From a virus (taxonomy: Duplodnaviria > Caudoviricetes), in the IMG/VR virus record IMGVR_UViG_3300005825_000268, positions 1 through 45,446 of that record: a stretch of DNA of 45,446 bases. One strand, written 5' to 3'. Both the position numbers and the translations under genes were made by a program. Numbering within the stretch: the first letter of the stretch is position 1; every line of letters begins with the position of its first letter. Shown here one piece after another: positions 29,789 to 38,577 of this stretch. Below the pieces are notes generated by a model that was given only the letters and a program-made list of their open reading frames with translations, was not told the origin of the DNA and ran no database searches.

Positions 29789-30109
29789 ATGTGGCTTTAT
29801 TGTCCAAAATGCAACACTCAGAAAAACGTAGAAGATTACAGTCTTTACTACGTCTGCAAATGCAAGTCATGTAATCACAAATTTCGTGGCATTCATGCAA
29901 AAATGAACAAGGTTTATCACACGATTATTCGTGTTTTAACTCCGAAGTGGGATCATCCCGGTGTGACCTGTTGCATTTATTGTGGCAACAATATTTACAA
30001 CGGGAATAATGGTGCCCCCGGTGAAGGTGGCTGGCCAAGTGTTTGTGGAAGTTGTGGTAGGGATTTACCAACAGAAGAAGCCAGACAAGACGAACCTTCG
30101 ACCCTATAA
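29789..30109 (+). CDS. Zinc-ribbon protein
   Basis: CPKC, CKSC, CIYC and CGSC pairs. GGAGA RBS before ATG 29789. Confidence 0.7.
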   Translation: MWLYCPKCNTQKNVEDYSLYYVCKCKSCNHKFRGIHAKMNKVYHTIIRVLTPKWDHPGVTCCIYCGNNIYNGNNGAPGEGGWPSVCGSCGRDLPTEEARQDEPSTL

Positions 30110-30112
30110 GGA

Positions 30113-30466
30113 ATGCCGATGAAACTATGGCTTGACGATGAACGTGACCCTCGTGATCCAGTAATCCAAGATTGGTTTGGGTCCGAAGGCGACGAAGTTT
30201 GGGTCAAAACCGCAGACACCGCCATCAATTATTTGAAGACGGGTACGGTCGAATTTGTTTCTCTCGATCATGACCTTGGCCCACCTTCGGCTGGCACAGG
30301 CATGGACGTTGCTAGATGGATTGAAGAACAAGCCTTTCACGGCAATATTTCCAGATTTTCTTGGGCCGTACACTCGAAGAATTCAGTCGGTGCCAAAAAT
30401 ATGGAACAGGCTTTGAGAAACGCCGATAGATTTTGGAGCGAAAAAGAAAACGCCACTCAGGATTGA
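30113..30466 (+). CDS. Cyclic-phosphate-processing receiver-domain (cREC-like) protein
   Basis: KLWLDDER, SLDHDLG, G.DVARWIEE and VHSKNSVG motifs typical of this phage-enriched REC clade. Confidence 0.85.
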   Translation: MPMKLWLDDERDPRDPVIQDWFGSEGDEVWVKTADTAINYLKTGTVEFVSLDHDLGPPSAGTGMDVARWIEEQAFHGNISRFSWAVHSKNSVGAKNMEQALRNADRFWSEKENATQD

Positions 30467-30477
30467 GTGGCGTTTTT
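30447..30477. terminator. Bidirectional intrinsic terminator
   Basis: aaaacgccactca-ggat-tgagtggcgtttt hairpin between convergent genes. Confidence 0.8.
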
Positions 30478-30491
30478 CATTCTATTCTTTC

Positions 30492-30620
30492 TTAAAGAAT
30501 GCATAGTCCGAAGAGTATGCAGATGATTGCTTTGATTAAAAACCAAAGCAACAGACCAATTGTGCCATATTGGGCCAATTGAAATTTCACTTTGTTTAGC
30601 CAGTTGATAAACTTTTGCAT
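30492..30620 (-). CDS. 42-aa membrane microprotein
   Basis: Below the ORF-track cutoff. MQKFINWLNKVKFQLAQYGTIGLLLWFLIKAIICILFGLCIL. Starts 1 nt after the Pmp3 stop. Confidence 0.6.
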   Translation of the reverse strand: MQKFINWLNKVKFQLAQYGTIGLLLWFLIKAIICILFGLCIL

Positions 30621-30621
30621 A

Positions 30622-30819
30622 TTAGTCTCTTTCTTTTAGAATCACATAAAATGCATGAATAAGACCGGGGAAATAACCAAATAGCGTCAAAATGATATTG
30701 AGCCAAAAGTGCATTCCTAAGCCTACTTGCAATGCGACACCCAAAGGTGGGATAAAGAAAGCGACAATCATGCGAAGCATGTCGTTGCCACTGACAGGCA
30801 TATCGTTGTTTTCGTCCAT
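30622..30819 (-). CDS. YqaE/Pmp3 (UPF0057) proteolipid membrane potential modulator
   Basis: IVAFFIPPLGV..FWLNIILTLFGYFPGLIHAFYVI family signature. AGGAG RBS. Confidence 0.92.
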   Translation of the reverse strand: MDENNDMPVSGNDMLRMIVAFFIPPLGVALQVGLGMHFWLNIILTLFGYFPGLIHAFYVILKERD

Positions 30820-30827
30820 TAGTCTCC

Positions 30828-30938
30828 TTACTTTTTACCTAGAATTTTGTCCATAAAATCTTTGATGAATTCTGGTTGTGGTAGGAAATTCCATCCTACA
30901 ATTAAACCAGCACCAAAAGCTATTGCATACCAAATCAT
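30828..30938 (-). CDS. 36-aa membrane microprotein
   Basis: Below the ORF-track cutoff. MIWYAIAFGAGLIVGWNFLPQPEFIKDFMDKILGKK with a strong AAGGAGG RBS. Confidence 0.7.
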   Translation of the reverse strand: MIWYAIAFGAGLIVGWNFLPQPEFIKDFMDKILGKK

Positions 30939-30971
30939 AAGAACCTCCTTGAAATATTGGTTACATAGTAT

Positions 30972-31892
30972 TTATTCTTCACCCTCAACTTTTTTCAATT
31001 TTGTATAATACTGAGGGTCTTCTCTTAGATGGGCAATCACGATCTTCAATAGATCGCCTTGTTTCTTTACAACATCTACATCTTTGCCCATTGCTCCATC
31101 GTGTTCTTTTTCTACGTTTAATCCCATCATTATTTGTTTGGGATCGAATGTAGAAACATTCAGGCCAGCAGACTTTGCTAATTTTTGAATATCAAAATTC
31201 ATTTGAGGAACGTATTCGCCTGTTGAACTTGCACTTGGCGTGTATGAGCCTGTGCCCGCCGTAGAGTTGCGATAACCTTCATCTTGCCCAATATAGCCCT
31301 GAATCTTTACAGGGTTCCATTTAACAAAATCTATATCGTTTAAAAGTCCATCTCTAAGAATTTGTAACTGATCTGGTGGGGCACCTTGAAGTAAATAATT
31401 CATTGTTCGGTGCCAACCTTCAAGTAACTTAAATCCCTTGTTGGTTTGAACAACCACAACAGGTTCATTTCCTTCACCACGCACGCCCATTAGTTCTTTT
31501 TGTTTGGCTGTGCGTGCCATATCGTTTCTAATTTGCTTTTCTTCACGCATACCGAAACGTCTGTCAAGCATTCTCCATTGTGTGTCTTCATCAAAATCGG
31601 CAGGAGTAACACCAACTGCTTGTCCCCACTTGCCTCGCAAAGTGGTAGGTTTTTTAGCCCAAGTAATATTTTTCAATCCAGATAATTTCATTATATCAGA
31701 AGGAGAACTTGCTGTTGGTTTAGAATTATTGGGAGAAGTTGGCCTCAAACTTTTATTGAAACTGTGTGCAATACGACTTGTATACAAGTCTTTTTGTACA
31801 TAATGAGGCATATCAGGATGTTCATTGCGAAACATTCTGTGCAAGCCCTTCAACCGTACCTCATCTAAATTTAACCATTCTTTGAAATTCAT
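30972..31892 (-). CDS. ParB/Srx-like domain plus C-terminal DUF5661-like domain protein
   Basis: EPVVVV..FKLLEGWHR (ParB/Srx DGxHR-like) and GLNVEKEH..IAHLREDPQYYTKL (DUF5661-like). N-terminus MNFKEWL. Confidence 0.7.
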   Translation of the reverse strand: MNFKEWLNLDEVRLKGLHRMFRNEHPDMPHYVQKDLYTSRIAHSFNKSLRPTSPNNSKPTASSPSDIMKLSGLKNITWAKKPTTLRGKWGQAVGVTPADFDEDTQWRMLDRRFGMREEKQIRNDMARTAKQKELMGVRGEGNEPVVVVQTNKGFKLLEGWHRTMNYLLQGAPPDQLQILRDGLLNDIDFVKWNPVKIQGYIGQDEGYRNSTAGTGSYTPSASSTGEYVPQMNFDIQKLAKSAGLNVSTFDPKQIMMGLNVEKEHDGAMGKDVDVVKKQGDLLKIVIAHLREDPQYYTKLKKVEGEE

Positions 31893-31893
31893 A

Positions 31894-32370
31894 TTACATC
31901 TTATTCAAAACTAAACTAGAATAATCAGAACCACCCGTTCTAAGCAAATAGTTATCTCCGGGTGATCCTAGTTGATTGCTCAATTCGTTTTCAGCCTCTG
32001 CACTTTTCTTGAAAAACTTTTTGATTTCTTTGGTTGTACTTTCCATAACTTTTCGAGCAGCTTGTTCCTCATTGATATTATCGCTCATAAAGTCGCTGAA
32101 CATATCTTCTAGGCTTAAAGAATAAGCAATTCCATAAGGATGAGTTTTTGGCTCTTTTTGTACACGATATGCCAACTCATTTCCTATTTCGTAGATTCGG
32201 ATTCCTTCAAAGCTCAAGTTTTCGGTGGCTTTGACAAATATGTACGGATCGTCATCTTCGAGAAAAGATTTAACATCCATTCCGTTTTTCTTTAACATTT
32301 TTTCCACCAACTTGAGATGGCGTTGTGCCTCTCGTTGGCGTCTATCTACGAATTCTAAAAATTGCTTCAT
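31894..32370 (-). CDS. Hypothetical protein (possible head/core protein)
   Basis: ATG 32370 overlaps the upstream TAA. N-terminus MKQFLEF. Confidence 0.7.
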   Translation of the reverse strand: MKQFLEFVDRRQREAQRHLKLVEKMLKKNGMDVKSFLEDDDPYIFVKATENLSFEGIRIYEIGNELAYRVQKEPKTHPYGIAYSLSLEDMFSDFMSDNINEEQAARKVMESTTKEIKKFFKKSAEAENELSNQLGSPGDNYLLRTGGSDYSSLVLNKM

Positions 32371-33689
32371 TAACAAGACCTCGTTAGAATTTCCGGTGCA
32401 TTTGGCCCACATCGCTGAAGAGTACGCAAATCACTTGGATTTCCAGTGTAAGGAGTTTCTTTCCAAACAATACCTTGAAAAGAAGTAGCCGCTTCTTTCA
32501 ATATGTTTTGTTGGGCAGTCAAAAATAGAATGCCGTCAATTCTTTCTAAGAAATCTTGCTCTTCTTTTTGAGGTTTTCCATCTTCATCTACTTCGCCAGT
32601 TTCTTTGACGAACTTAACTTTTAAGTCCACAAAAGGAATAATTGAACCATCATCATCAATCATGGCTTCAGAATTTTCTGATTGCATAGTACGAACAACC
32701 AATTTGCCGTCTGTATATGCTGCACGCAAAGAAGTAGACAAATCCCAACCTAAAGTATAAATGGTTCCATCATTGTCTGTTACATTGATAAGGAATGCTC
32801 TCTTGCGGAAGGTTTCGGCCATACTTTCCATGACGATTCTTTTGCGAAGAACTTCTTTTTCTTCTGGGGAACCTTCATCAAGTCTTTTTTGCTCAGGTTC
32901 GGTCAAATATCTTTCTGGGTCATCTTCTCGAAGACTCCATTTGCCAAGTTCAGTGCGGCCCCATTTATCATTGAAACGAGTAGAAATTCTGATCGAGTAA
33001 TCTTTTTCGTTGTAAATAACATCTTCATTGTTGGCACCACTACCAACTTGTATGCCACCCAATAGAGATGCAATAAATTTTCTGTGCAAGTCGCCCTTCA
33101 TTCCCAATAAACCTTTCAGCTTGATGAAAATGTTGTTTAATTCAGGCATTGTTTGCAAAGTGTTGGTAATGTGATTTACCAATGATACAGCGGGACTATT
33201 TTGGTCGAGTTCTTCACGAACTAATTTTCGTATTTCTTTTCCAGCCTTATCAATATTTGCATATTGTCTCAAAAACAAAACTTGCAGGTTGTCTTCTACA
33301 AATTTGCGAGGATAAGGTTCTAGGTGTAAATCTCGCACCTGAGTAATCATGTCAATTAGCTTTGTGACATCACCCTTTACAGATTCTTTGAAGAAAGAGT
33401 CCTTCCATCTCTCAAAATCCTGATCTTCCATTTCTTCTGGCATATCGGGAGCTTGTGGATCACCAGAAACATCTGGCATATTATCTTGTGCTTGCTCTTC
33501 TTCTTCAGGATTGCCACTCATTTGTTGTGGGGGTGGATTGGCCACATTTGGGTCGCCCGGTGGTGGAGCAGGCGCAGCACCCGGAGGGGCACCCATTTCC
33601 GGCATTCCGGGGGCACCTGTTGGTGGTTGACCCGAAGGCATCATTCCATCGGCTTCAATTAACCATTCTTCTATTGCGTAACCTTTCAT
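32370..33689 (-). CDS. Hypothetical protein with Pro-rich disordered N-terminus (possible prohead core protein)
   Basis: 439-aa ORF tightly packed in the operon. MKGYAIEEWLIEAD start followed by a P/G/E-rich linker. Confidence 0.7.
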   Translation of the reverse strand: MKGYAIEEWLIEADGMMPSGQPPTGAPGMPEMGAPPGAAPAPPPGDPNVANPPPQQMSGNPEEEEQAQDNMPDVSGDPQAPDMPEEMEDQDFERWKDSFFKESVKGDVTKLIDMITQVRDLHLEPYPRKFVEDNLQVLFLRQYANIDKAGKEIRKLVREELDQNSPAVSLVNHITNTLQTMPELNNIFIKLKGLLGMKGDLHRKFIASLLGGIQVGSGANNEDVIYNEKDYSIRISTRFNDKWGRTELGKWSLREDDPERYLTEPEQKRLDEGSPEEKEVLRKRIVMESMAETFRKRAFLINVTDNDGTIYTLGWDLSTSLRAAYTDGKLVVRTMQSENSEAMIDDDGSIIPFVDLKVKFVKETGEVDEDGKPQKEEQDFLERIDGILFLTAQQNILKEAATSFQGIVWKETPYTGNPSDLRTLQRCGPNAPEILTRSC

Positions 33690-33690
33690 A

Positions 33691-34200
33691 TTACCCCTTT
33701 TTCTTCTTAGCTTTATTGACTGCCTCTATTAACGCACGACGGCTATTACTTTGGCCACCTATATTTATGGTATTATTCTGAGATGCTGCTAAATATCTTG
33801 GGAATGTATCTTTTTCTTTTAATTTAACTCTTGTTTTCAAGTCAGCTATTTTTGCGGCCTTGTCTGCCAAATCGGTTTTCATTTTGACAAAGTTCACAAG
33901 TGCTTCTTTGCTGGAAGAAGTCGCATCTCCCTCGTTTATGACCATCTCGGCAATATTGTCAATAAATTCACTGACTTGCTTTCGATCTTCACGAATCATA
34001 TTCATGATTTCGTCATATGTATCAAGTAGGTCTTCATCGCCAATTAGATTTTCGGCCTCAACCATCTGAGTGGGCATACCAACATTCATTTTGGGAATCA
34101 AATCGTTAAATTCGTCTTCCGGCATAATTTCTGCAACTTGTTCGGGATTTTCTTCCAAAACAGGTTTTTCTATTTCCAGATTTTTGATCTCTTTTTCCAT
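33691..34200 (-). CDS. Putative terminase small subunit (T4 gp16-like)
   Basis: Acidic N-terminus, two long helices, and QNNTINIG..SRRALIE tail resembling the NNNxFVGSTxxL pattern of gp16-like proteins. Similarity is weak. Confidence 0.4.
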   Translation of the reverse strand: MEKEIKNLEIEKPVLEENPEQVAEIMPEDEFNDLIPKMNVGMPTQMVEAENLIGDEDLLDTYDEIMNMIREDRKQVSEFIDNIAEMVINEGDATSSSKEALVNFVKMKTDLADKAAKIADLKTRVKLKEKDTFPRYLAASQNNTINIGGQSNSRRALIEAVNKAKKKKG

Positions 34201-34207
34201 AATGTAA

Positions 34208-34214
34208 TATATAG
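34208..34214 (-). promoter_or_regulatory. Late-like promoter variant CTATATA
   Basis: 7 nt before ATG 34200 at the head of a minus-strand operon. The same heptamer occurs at 40035-40041. Confidence 0.4.
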
Positions 34215-34243
34215 ACTTAGGAACATCAGAAATGGGATTGTAA

Positions 34244-34732
34244 ATGCCAGCACCTAAACAACCAAAACCTGAATCAGAAGTCTTAATGGACCACTACAAT
34301 AATGTAAACGAGTCTATTAAGTCTGTATTTGATCTTTCGTCCAGAATTGACGAGAGGGTTAAAATGCTGGTTGAAAGACAAAGCAGCCACGAAGAACAAC
34401 TTGATAAAGCAATAGACAACCAACAACAAATAATTCAAAGAATTACTGTTTTGGAATCAAAGGATGTTGTGCATATAGCAACAGCCAACAAAGACAATAT
34501 TTCAGACATCAATAAACGAGTTGCTATTATGGAAAGTTCTGGATCAAAACAAGATATAGAAGACCTAAAACAAAAAATTCATTTGCTGGACTTGAGGGTA
34601 GAATCCATAAATATGAGAACTGCCAATCAAGAAGGTCGATGGGCTAAACTTTTCGACTTGGTATTTAAACTAACTATTATGTTAATAGGTGGTTATCTTC
34701 TATTCAAATTTGGATGGCAAGCTCCACCGTAA
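34244..34732 (+). CDS. Coiled-coil protein with C-terminal transmembrane helix
   Basis: Heptad repeats followed by LVFKLTIMLIGGYLLFKFGW. Architecture resembles XhlA/holin-like proteins. Confidence 0.7.
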   Translation: MPAPKQPKPESEVLMDHYNNVNESIKSVFDLSSRIDERVKMLVERQSSHEEQLDKAIDNQQQIIQRITVLESKDVVHIATANKDNISDINKRVAIMESSGSKQDIEDLKQKIHLLDLRVESINMRTANQEGRWAKLFDLVFKLTIMLIGGYLLFKFGWQAPP

Positions 34733-34749
34733 AAAACCCTTGTTGGAGT

Positions 34750-34756
34750 CTAAATA
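34750..34756 (+). promoter_or_regulatory. T4-late-like promoter CTAAATA
   Basis: Intergenic, 30 nt upstream of the nucleotidyltransferase gene. Confidence 0.55.
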
Positions 34757-34786
34757 ATAGCAAACAACCATGATGGGAAGGTATAA

Positions 34787-36298
34787 ATGAAAGGTCATAT
34801 GAAAGGTTTATTTTCAAGATATTGCAATCTTCGTGAAGAGACTGGCACCAAGCCGTCAGGCCAAAGTGTAACTTCACGAATTAAACTACAAAAACAAGAA
34901 GGATCGAAGGAATTTGGTCCCTTCACTGTAAACAAGACAACCCATCCTAATCTTAGATTGCTTATCAAAGCGTTCACAGATAGCGATAAGGTTGGCGTGG
35001 GATACACAACCATCGAAAAGAACAAAGGTGAGGTAGAACCTCAACTCAAAAAGAAAGTTCTTTATTTGGTTGGTGGAGCCGTTCGTGACCACTTAAAAGG
35101 CAAAACCCCTCGCAATTATGACTTGGTTACAGACGCTACGCCTAGTGAAATGAGAATGATTCTAGGTAACGAAGAAAATGGTTTTGTAGAAACAAAACCA
35201 AGAGAAGGCGATTATGCCAGCGATGAAAGATATGCCAAATTACCTTCACCGGGCACTAAAAACAAAATGTTTTATGCTTCTCGTTGGGATAAACAAGGCA
35301 AAGAACTCGAAGTAACCGTTGAAATTAACGGAGAGAAATTTGAGTTAGCAACCATGTCTAAATCAGCAAAAAGTCGTCGTGTTACACCAGAAAAAGGCGA
35401 ACCAGCTTCCTCAGTCGAAGAAGATTCGGCAAATCGTGATTTTACCATTAACTCTTTGTATATTCCTCTAACCACAGCCGATGGCGATAATACAGAACTT
35501 ATTGATCCTCATGGCGGTGCCCATCACTTGAAGAGTGGCGAAGTTGTTTCTGTAGGCGATGGATTAGAAGACAGACTTTCTGAAGACCCATCCACAGCTT
35601 TAAGATATACCAAAATGGTTTCAAAGTTCGGCAACCCCGACAAAATTCCCGATAAAGACAAAGAAGCAATTACTAGACACAAAGATATGGCTGATGTCCC
35701 TTCAGATCATATTCATAAGGAATTTTTAGGCGGTCTTGAAAATCCAGATGGCGATCCACGCAAATATCTCAAAATGTTCAAAAGTCTTGGACTTCTTGGA
35801 AAGGTCTATCCCGGCTCTGATGATTTCGATGACGAAGATATGCCAGAAGGCTTGAGAGGCGACCGTTGGATGGCATCTGCTTGGGTCATGAAAGATAAAG
35901 ATGGCGATGAAATCAAAAAACTACTTGCTGATAATGGTTGGTCTAAACAAGAAGCTAATGATATTGCACATTTGGTGAAAATGTATCAATGGGGAACAAA
36001 GAACAAGTTCGATCCAGATATGTTTTATGATATGAAAAAGAATCCAAGTGGATTAACAAAAAGTAAAATTCGTGAATTTATGCAAATGGCAAAAGCACAT
36101 GGCCCCGAAGTCGATGCTTATCTAAATCACGACGATAGTGACATTACCCCCTATGTGGGTGGCGAAGGTTCTGGTCGTAAGGTTAATCCAGAATTTTCCA
36201 AGATTTTGGGTCGGACACCACAAGGCGGCGAATTTGAATCTCTAAAGAAGTTCCTTTCTACCAAGAGATTTAAGGATTCTGTTGGCAAAAAAGGATAA
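34787..36298 (+). CDS. Class II tRNA nucleotidyltransferase / poly(A) polymerase homologue with degenerate active site
   Basis: LYLVGGAVRDHL, EDSANRDFTINSL, LIDPHGG and SEDP motifs identify the family. Key residues are substituted (see findings). Confidence 0.9.
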   Translation: MKGHMKGLFSRYCNLREETGTKPSGQSVTSRIKLQKQEGSKEFGPFTVNKTTHPNLRLLIKAFTDSDKVGVGYTTIEKNKGEVEPQLKKKVLYLVGGAVRDHLKGKTPRNYDLVTDATPSEMRMILGNEENGFVETKPREGDYASDERYAKLPSPGTKNKMFYASRWDKQGKELEVTVEINGEKFELATMSKSAKSRRVTPEKGEPASSVEEDSANRDFTINSLYIPLTTADGDNTELIDPHGGAHHLKSGEVVSVGDGLEDRLSEDPSTALRYTKMVSKFGNPDKIPDKDKEAITRHKDMADVPSDHIHKEFLGGLENPDGDPRKYLKMFKSLGLLGKVYPGSDDFDDEDMPEGLRGDRWMASAWVMKDKDGDEIKKLLADNGWSKQEANDIAHLVKMYQWGTKNKFDPDMFYDMKKNPSGLTKSKIREFMQMAKAHGPEVDAYLNHDDSDITPYVGGEGSGRKVNPEFSKILGRTPQGGEFESLKKFLSTKRFKDSVGKKG

Positions 36299-36300
36299 TT

Positions 36301-36852
36301 ATGGAAAAGTTTATTTCATTTGAAGAGTGGCTTCAATCTCGTGATGAATTAGATGAAGCAATGACCCCAACCGCACGAAAATGGCTTGGTGCTGCCACGT
36401 TGGGTGCTGCCTCTTTGGGTGGATATTTTGGCATGGGTAGCGGGGATAATCCTGCTCCAAGTGTTTCTCATACTCCTGCTGCCCATGTACAACAAATGCC
36501 AGCACAACCACCAAGTACAGGTGGCGGATTTAAAGATTTTATGACCCAATCAGTCGATCCTGTAGAACCTCCTGCAATTCCTTCTAGTTATAAACGTGAA
36601 ACAGAACGTAAAAGATGGGATGCAAGTGAACAATTAAAGCTATTGCAAGCACTTCATGATGCTGGTATAACCGTTCGAGGCGGCTTGAGAACATCTGGTG
36701 TTCCACATGGCACTACAATTGATGTAAATGGTGATGATATTCCCGATAATCCTCAAGAAAATTACTTCAATACAGGTGACCGCACTTATTATGGAAAAAG
36801 CGGTAAAGCTCAATGGACTTGGGATGGTCGAAATATTCATCAGGCTAAATGA
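36301..36852 (+). CDS. Hypothetical protein with capsid-targeting-like N-terminus and hydrophobic helix
   Basis: MEKFISFEEWLQSRDELDE followed by WLGAATLGAASLGGYFG. Confidence 0.7.
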   Translation: MEKFISFEEWLQSRDELDEAMTPTARKWLGAATLGAASLGGYFGMGSGDNPAPSVSHTPAAHVQQMPAQPPSTGGGFKDFMTQSVDPVEPPAIPSSYKRETERKRWDASEQLKLLQALHDAGITVRGGLRTSGVPHGTTIDVNGDDIPDNPQENYFNTGDRTYYGKSGKAQWTWDGRNIHQAK

Positions 36853-37424
36853 AATTCGTATCACTCGGTAGCTTTTGTTCAGTTCGAGGAAATATTGACC
36901 TCTATTCAAACCAAGACAAATCCGAAACTTTATTTTTTGATTGGTTGTGGGGTCGATACGAAGGACTAATCTTTTTTATCGAATCAAAAGAATTTGAAGA
37001 ATTTGAATTAACAAAAGATAATCTTCAAATAGTAGGTTCAAACCCACCATATTGCAGTGTTTATTTGAAAGACCTGTATTCTATTCATGATTTGCCACTT
37101 GAATATACCGATCAAGATATACACAATTTTTTGTCCAAATACCGTAGAAGATACAATAGGACCAAAAAACTGCTCAAGTCAGAACCGTTGCATTTTATTT
37201 ATCGTGAAATGAAGACCATTAGTGAAGAACAAAAATTCCACTTGTTTGAACTTCTAAAAATGGAAAACTCAAAACACAAACTTTCGGTTATTGGTACAAC
37301 TGATGGTCCTAATAGAATTAACATAAATAAATTCAAAACACAATTTGAAGGCCAACCATCTTGGAAAGAAGAGCAAATCGACTGGCATACCATCTTTCTA
37401 CATCTCAGGTCCATCAGGCTGTGA
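36849..37424 (+). CDS. DUF1796-like putative papain-like cysteine peptidase
   Basis: FVSLGSFC, FFDWL, HD and KYRRRYNR motifs. ATGA overlap with the upstream gene. Confidence 0.75.
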   Translation: MKFVSLGSFCSVRGNIDLYSNQDKSETLFFDWLWGRYEGLIFFIESKEFEEFELTKDNLQIVGSNPPYCSVYLKDLYSIHDLPLEYTDQDIHNFLSKYRRRYNRTKKLLKSEPLHFIYREMKTISEEQKFHLFELLKMENSKHKLSVIGTTDGPNRININKFKTQFEGQPSWKEEQIDWHTIFLHLRSIRL

Positions 37425-37453
37425 TTTACAAAGATGAATTTCTGTGGCATAAT
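37425..37453 (+). promoter_or_regulatory. sigma70-like promoter TTTACA-17-CATAAT
   Basis: 17-nt spacer ending in ttctgtgg; same family as 29688, 41212 and 43369. Confidence 0.65.
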
Positions 37454-37518
37454 CATGTGATACTACACAGACAATTACCGTATTGCTCAAGAACAGAGCA
37501 ATTTTGATGGAGTTTCCG

Positions 37519-38103
37519 ATGTTTACCCCTGAATCTAACCCTAAGCGGCGTAACCGTTTAGTGATCTATGACTTCGATGGAACCATCTTTCGTTCCCCTG
37601 ACCGGGAAGAAGGTTCGATGGCTTTCTACGAAGCAACTGGCAATCGGTGGCCACATCAAGGTTGGTGGGGTCGTATTGAAACTCTTACGCCACCAGTCAT
37701 TCCTGATCCCATTCCAGAAGAAATGTGGATTCAGGAAACCTTGGATTTTCACCAAAAAGACATCGAAGACGAAAATTCGTTTGTCGTGTTGATGACGGGT
37801 CGCCCATATAAGGTTCGTCGTCGGGTTCGAGAAATTCTCGATTCCAAGAATATTCTCTTCCATAGGGAGTATTATCGGGGTATGCCCGGTCAGAAGGGTC
37901 GGGATACGTTTGATATTAAAGTCAATATCATGGAAGAAGACCTTTTCCACGATGCCCTAAATATACTGGAAATTCATGAAGATCGACAAGAGCATTTGAG
38001 TGCTTTTATGACCAAGGCAAAAAGATGGAAGTCCTTGATGTCAAAGCACTTAGAGAAGATTATTATTCGTGATGTGCCTAATAATGTATATTATGAGTTT
38101 TAA
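37519..38103 (+). CDS. HAD phosphatase, Swiss-Army-Knife RNA-repair type (HAD_SAK)
   Basis: YDFDGTIFRSP, GWW, LMTGR, K and EDRxxH motifs. GGAG RBS before ATG 37519. Confidence 0.85.
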   Translation: MFTPESNPKRRNRLVIYDFDGTIFRSPDREEGSMAFYEATGNRWPHQGWWGRIETLTPPVIPDPIPEEMWIQETLDFHQKDIEDENSFVVLMTGRPYKVRRRVREILDSKNILFHREYYRGMPGQKGRDTFDIKVNIMEEDLFHDALNILEIHEDRQEHLSAFMTKAKRWKSLMSKHLEKIIIRDVPNNVYYEF

Positions 38104-38134
38104 TCCAAGATTTTCGTAGACCATCCCTGAATAG

Positions 38135-38171
38135 ATACCCACAGAGTAATTCCTCTGTGGGTATTTTTTTT
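38135..38171 (+). terminator. Intrinsic terminator
   Basis: atacccacagag / ctctgtgggtat 12-bp stem followed by a T run. Confidence 0.8.
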
Positions 38172-38182
38172 GGGAGGCCCGA

Positions 38183-38554
38183 ATGAAGTTTAGTTCTTAC
38201 AGGATGCTTGTGTCTATATTAAAAAAGAAATGTCCTCCTGCCTATCCGGTAACGGTACGGAGAACAAAAATCACTAGCAAGCTAGATGGCGACTGTTCAC
38301 TTCATAAGAAAAGATTTTATATCAGAATAAGTAAAGAGTTATGCGAGTCATCTGCCATAGACACATTATTACATGAATGGGCACATGCTATTGCGTGGAA
38401 CCACTTGCACGATTCAATGGATTGGAGTCAATTTGAAGAGCGGGCACATGATGCTTCTTGGGGTGTTGCCTATAGCGAAGTATATCGGGTCTACGAACAA
38501 AATTTCTTAGAATCTAGCAATCAAAATAAATGCGGTAAATTCCGCCACAAATAA
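38183..38554 (+). CDS. Small zincin-like metallopeptidase (HExxH)
   Basis: TLLHEWAHA and downstream HDASWG. GGAGG RBS. Confidence 0.75.
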   Translation: MKFSSYRMLVSILKKKCPPAYPVTVRRTKITSKLDGDCSLHKKRFYIRISKELCESSAIDTLLHEWAHAIAWNHLHDSMDWSQFEERAHDASWGVAYSEVYRVYEQNFLESSNQNKCGKFRHK

Positions 38555-38577
38555 CTCCTTTGATAAAGGAGGTTTAT

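Noticed and set aside
34787-36298. Calling the gene cca or pcnB, or a pseudogene
   Set aside because: Catalytic and templating motifs are non-canonical, so a symbol would overstate function. The ORF is uninterrupted, so pseudogene is unsupported.
37482-37502. Small hairpin attgctc-aagaaca-gagcaat upstream of the HAD gene as a regulatory RNA
   Set aside because: A 7-bp AT-rich stem is too weak and common to support a call.
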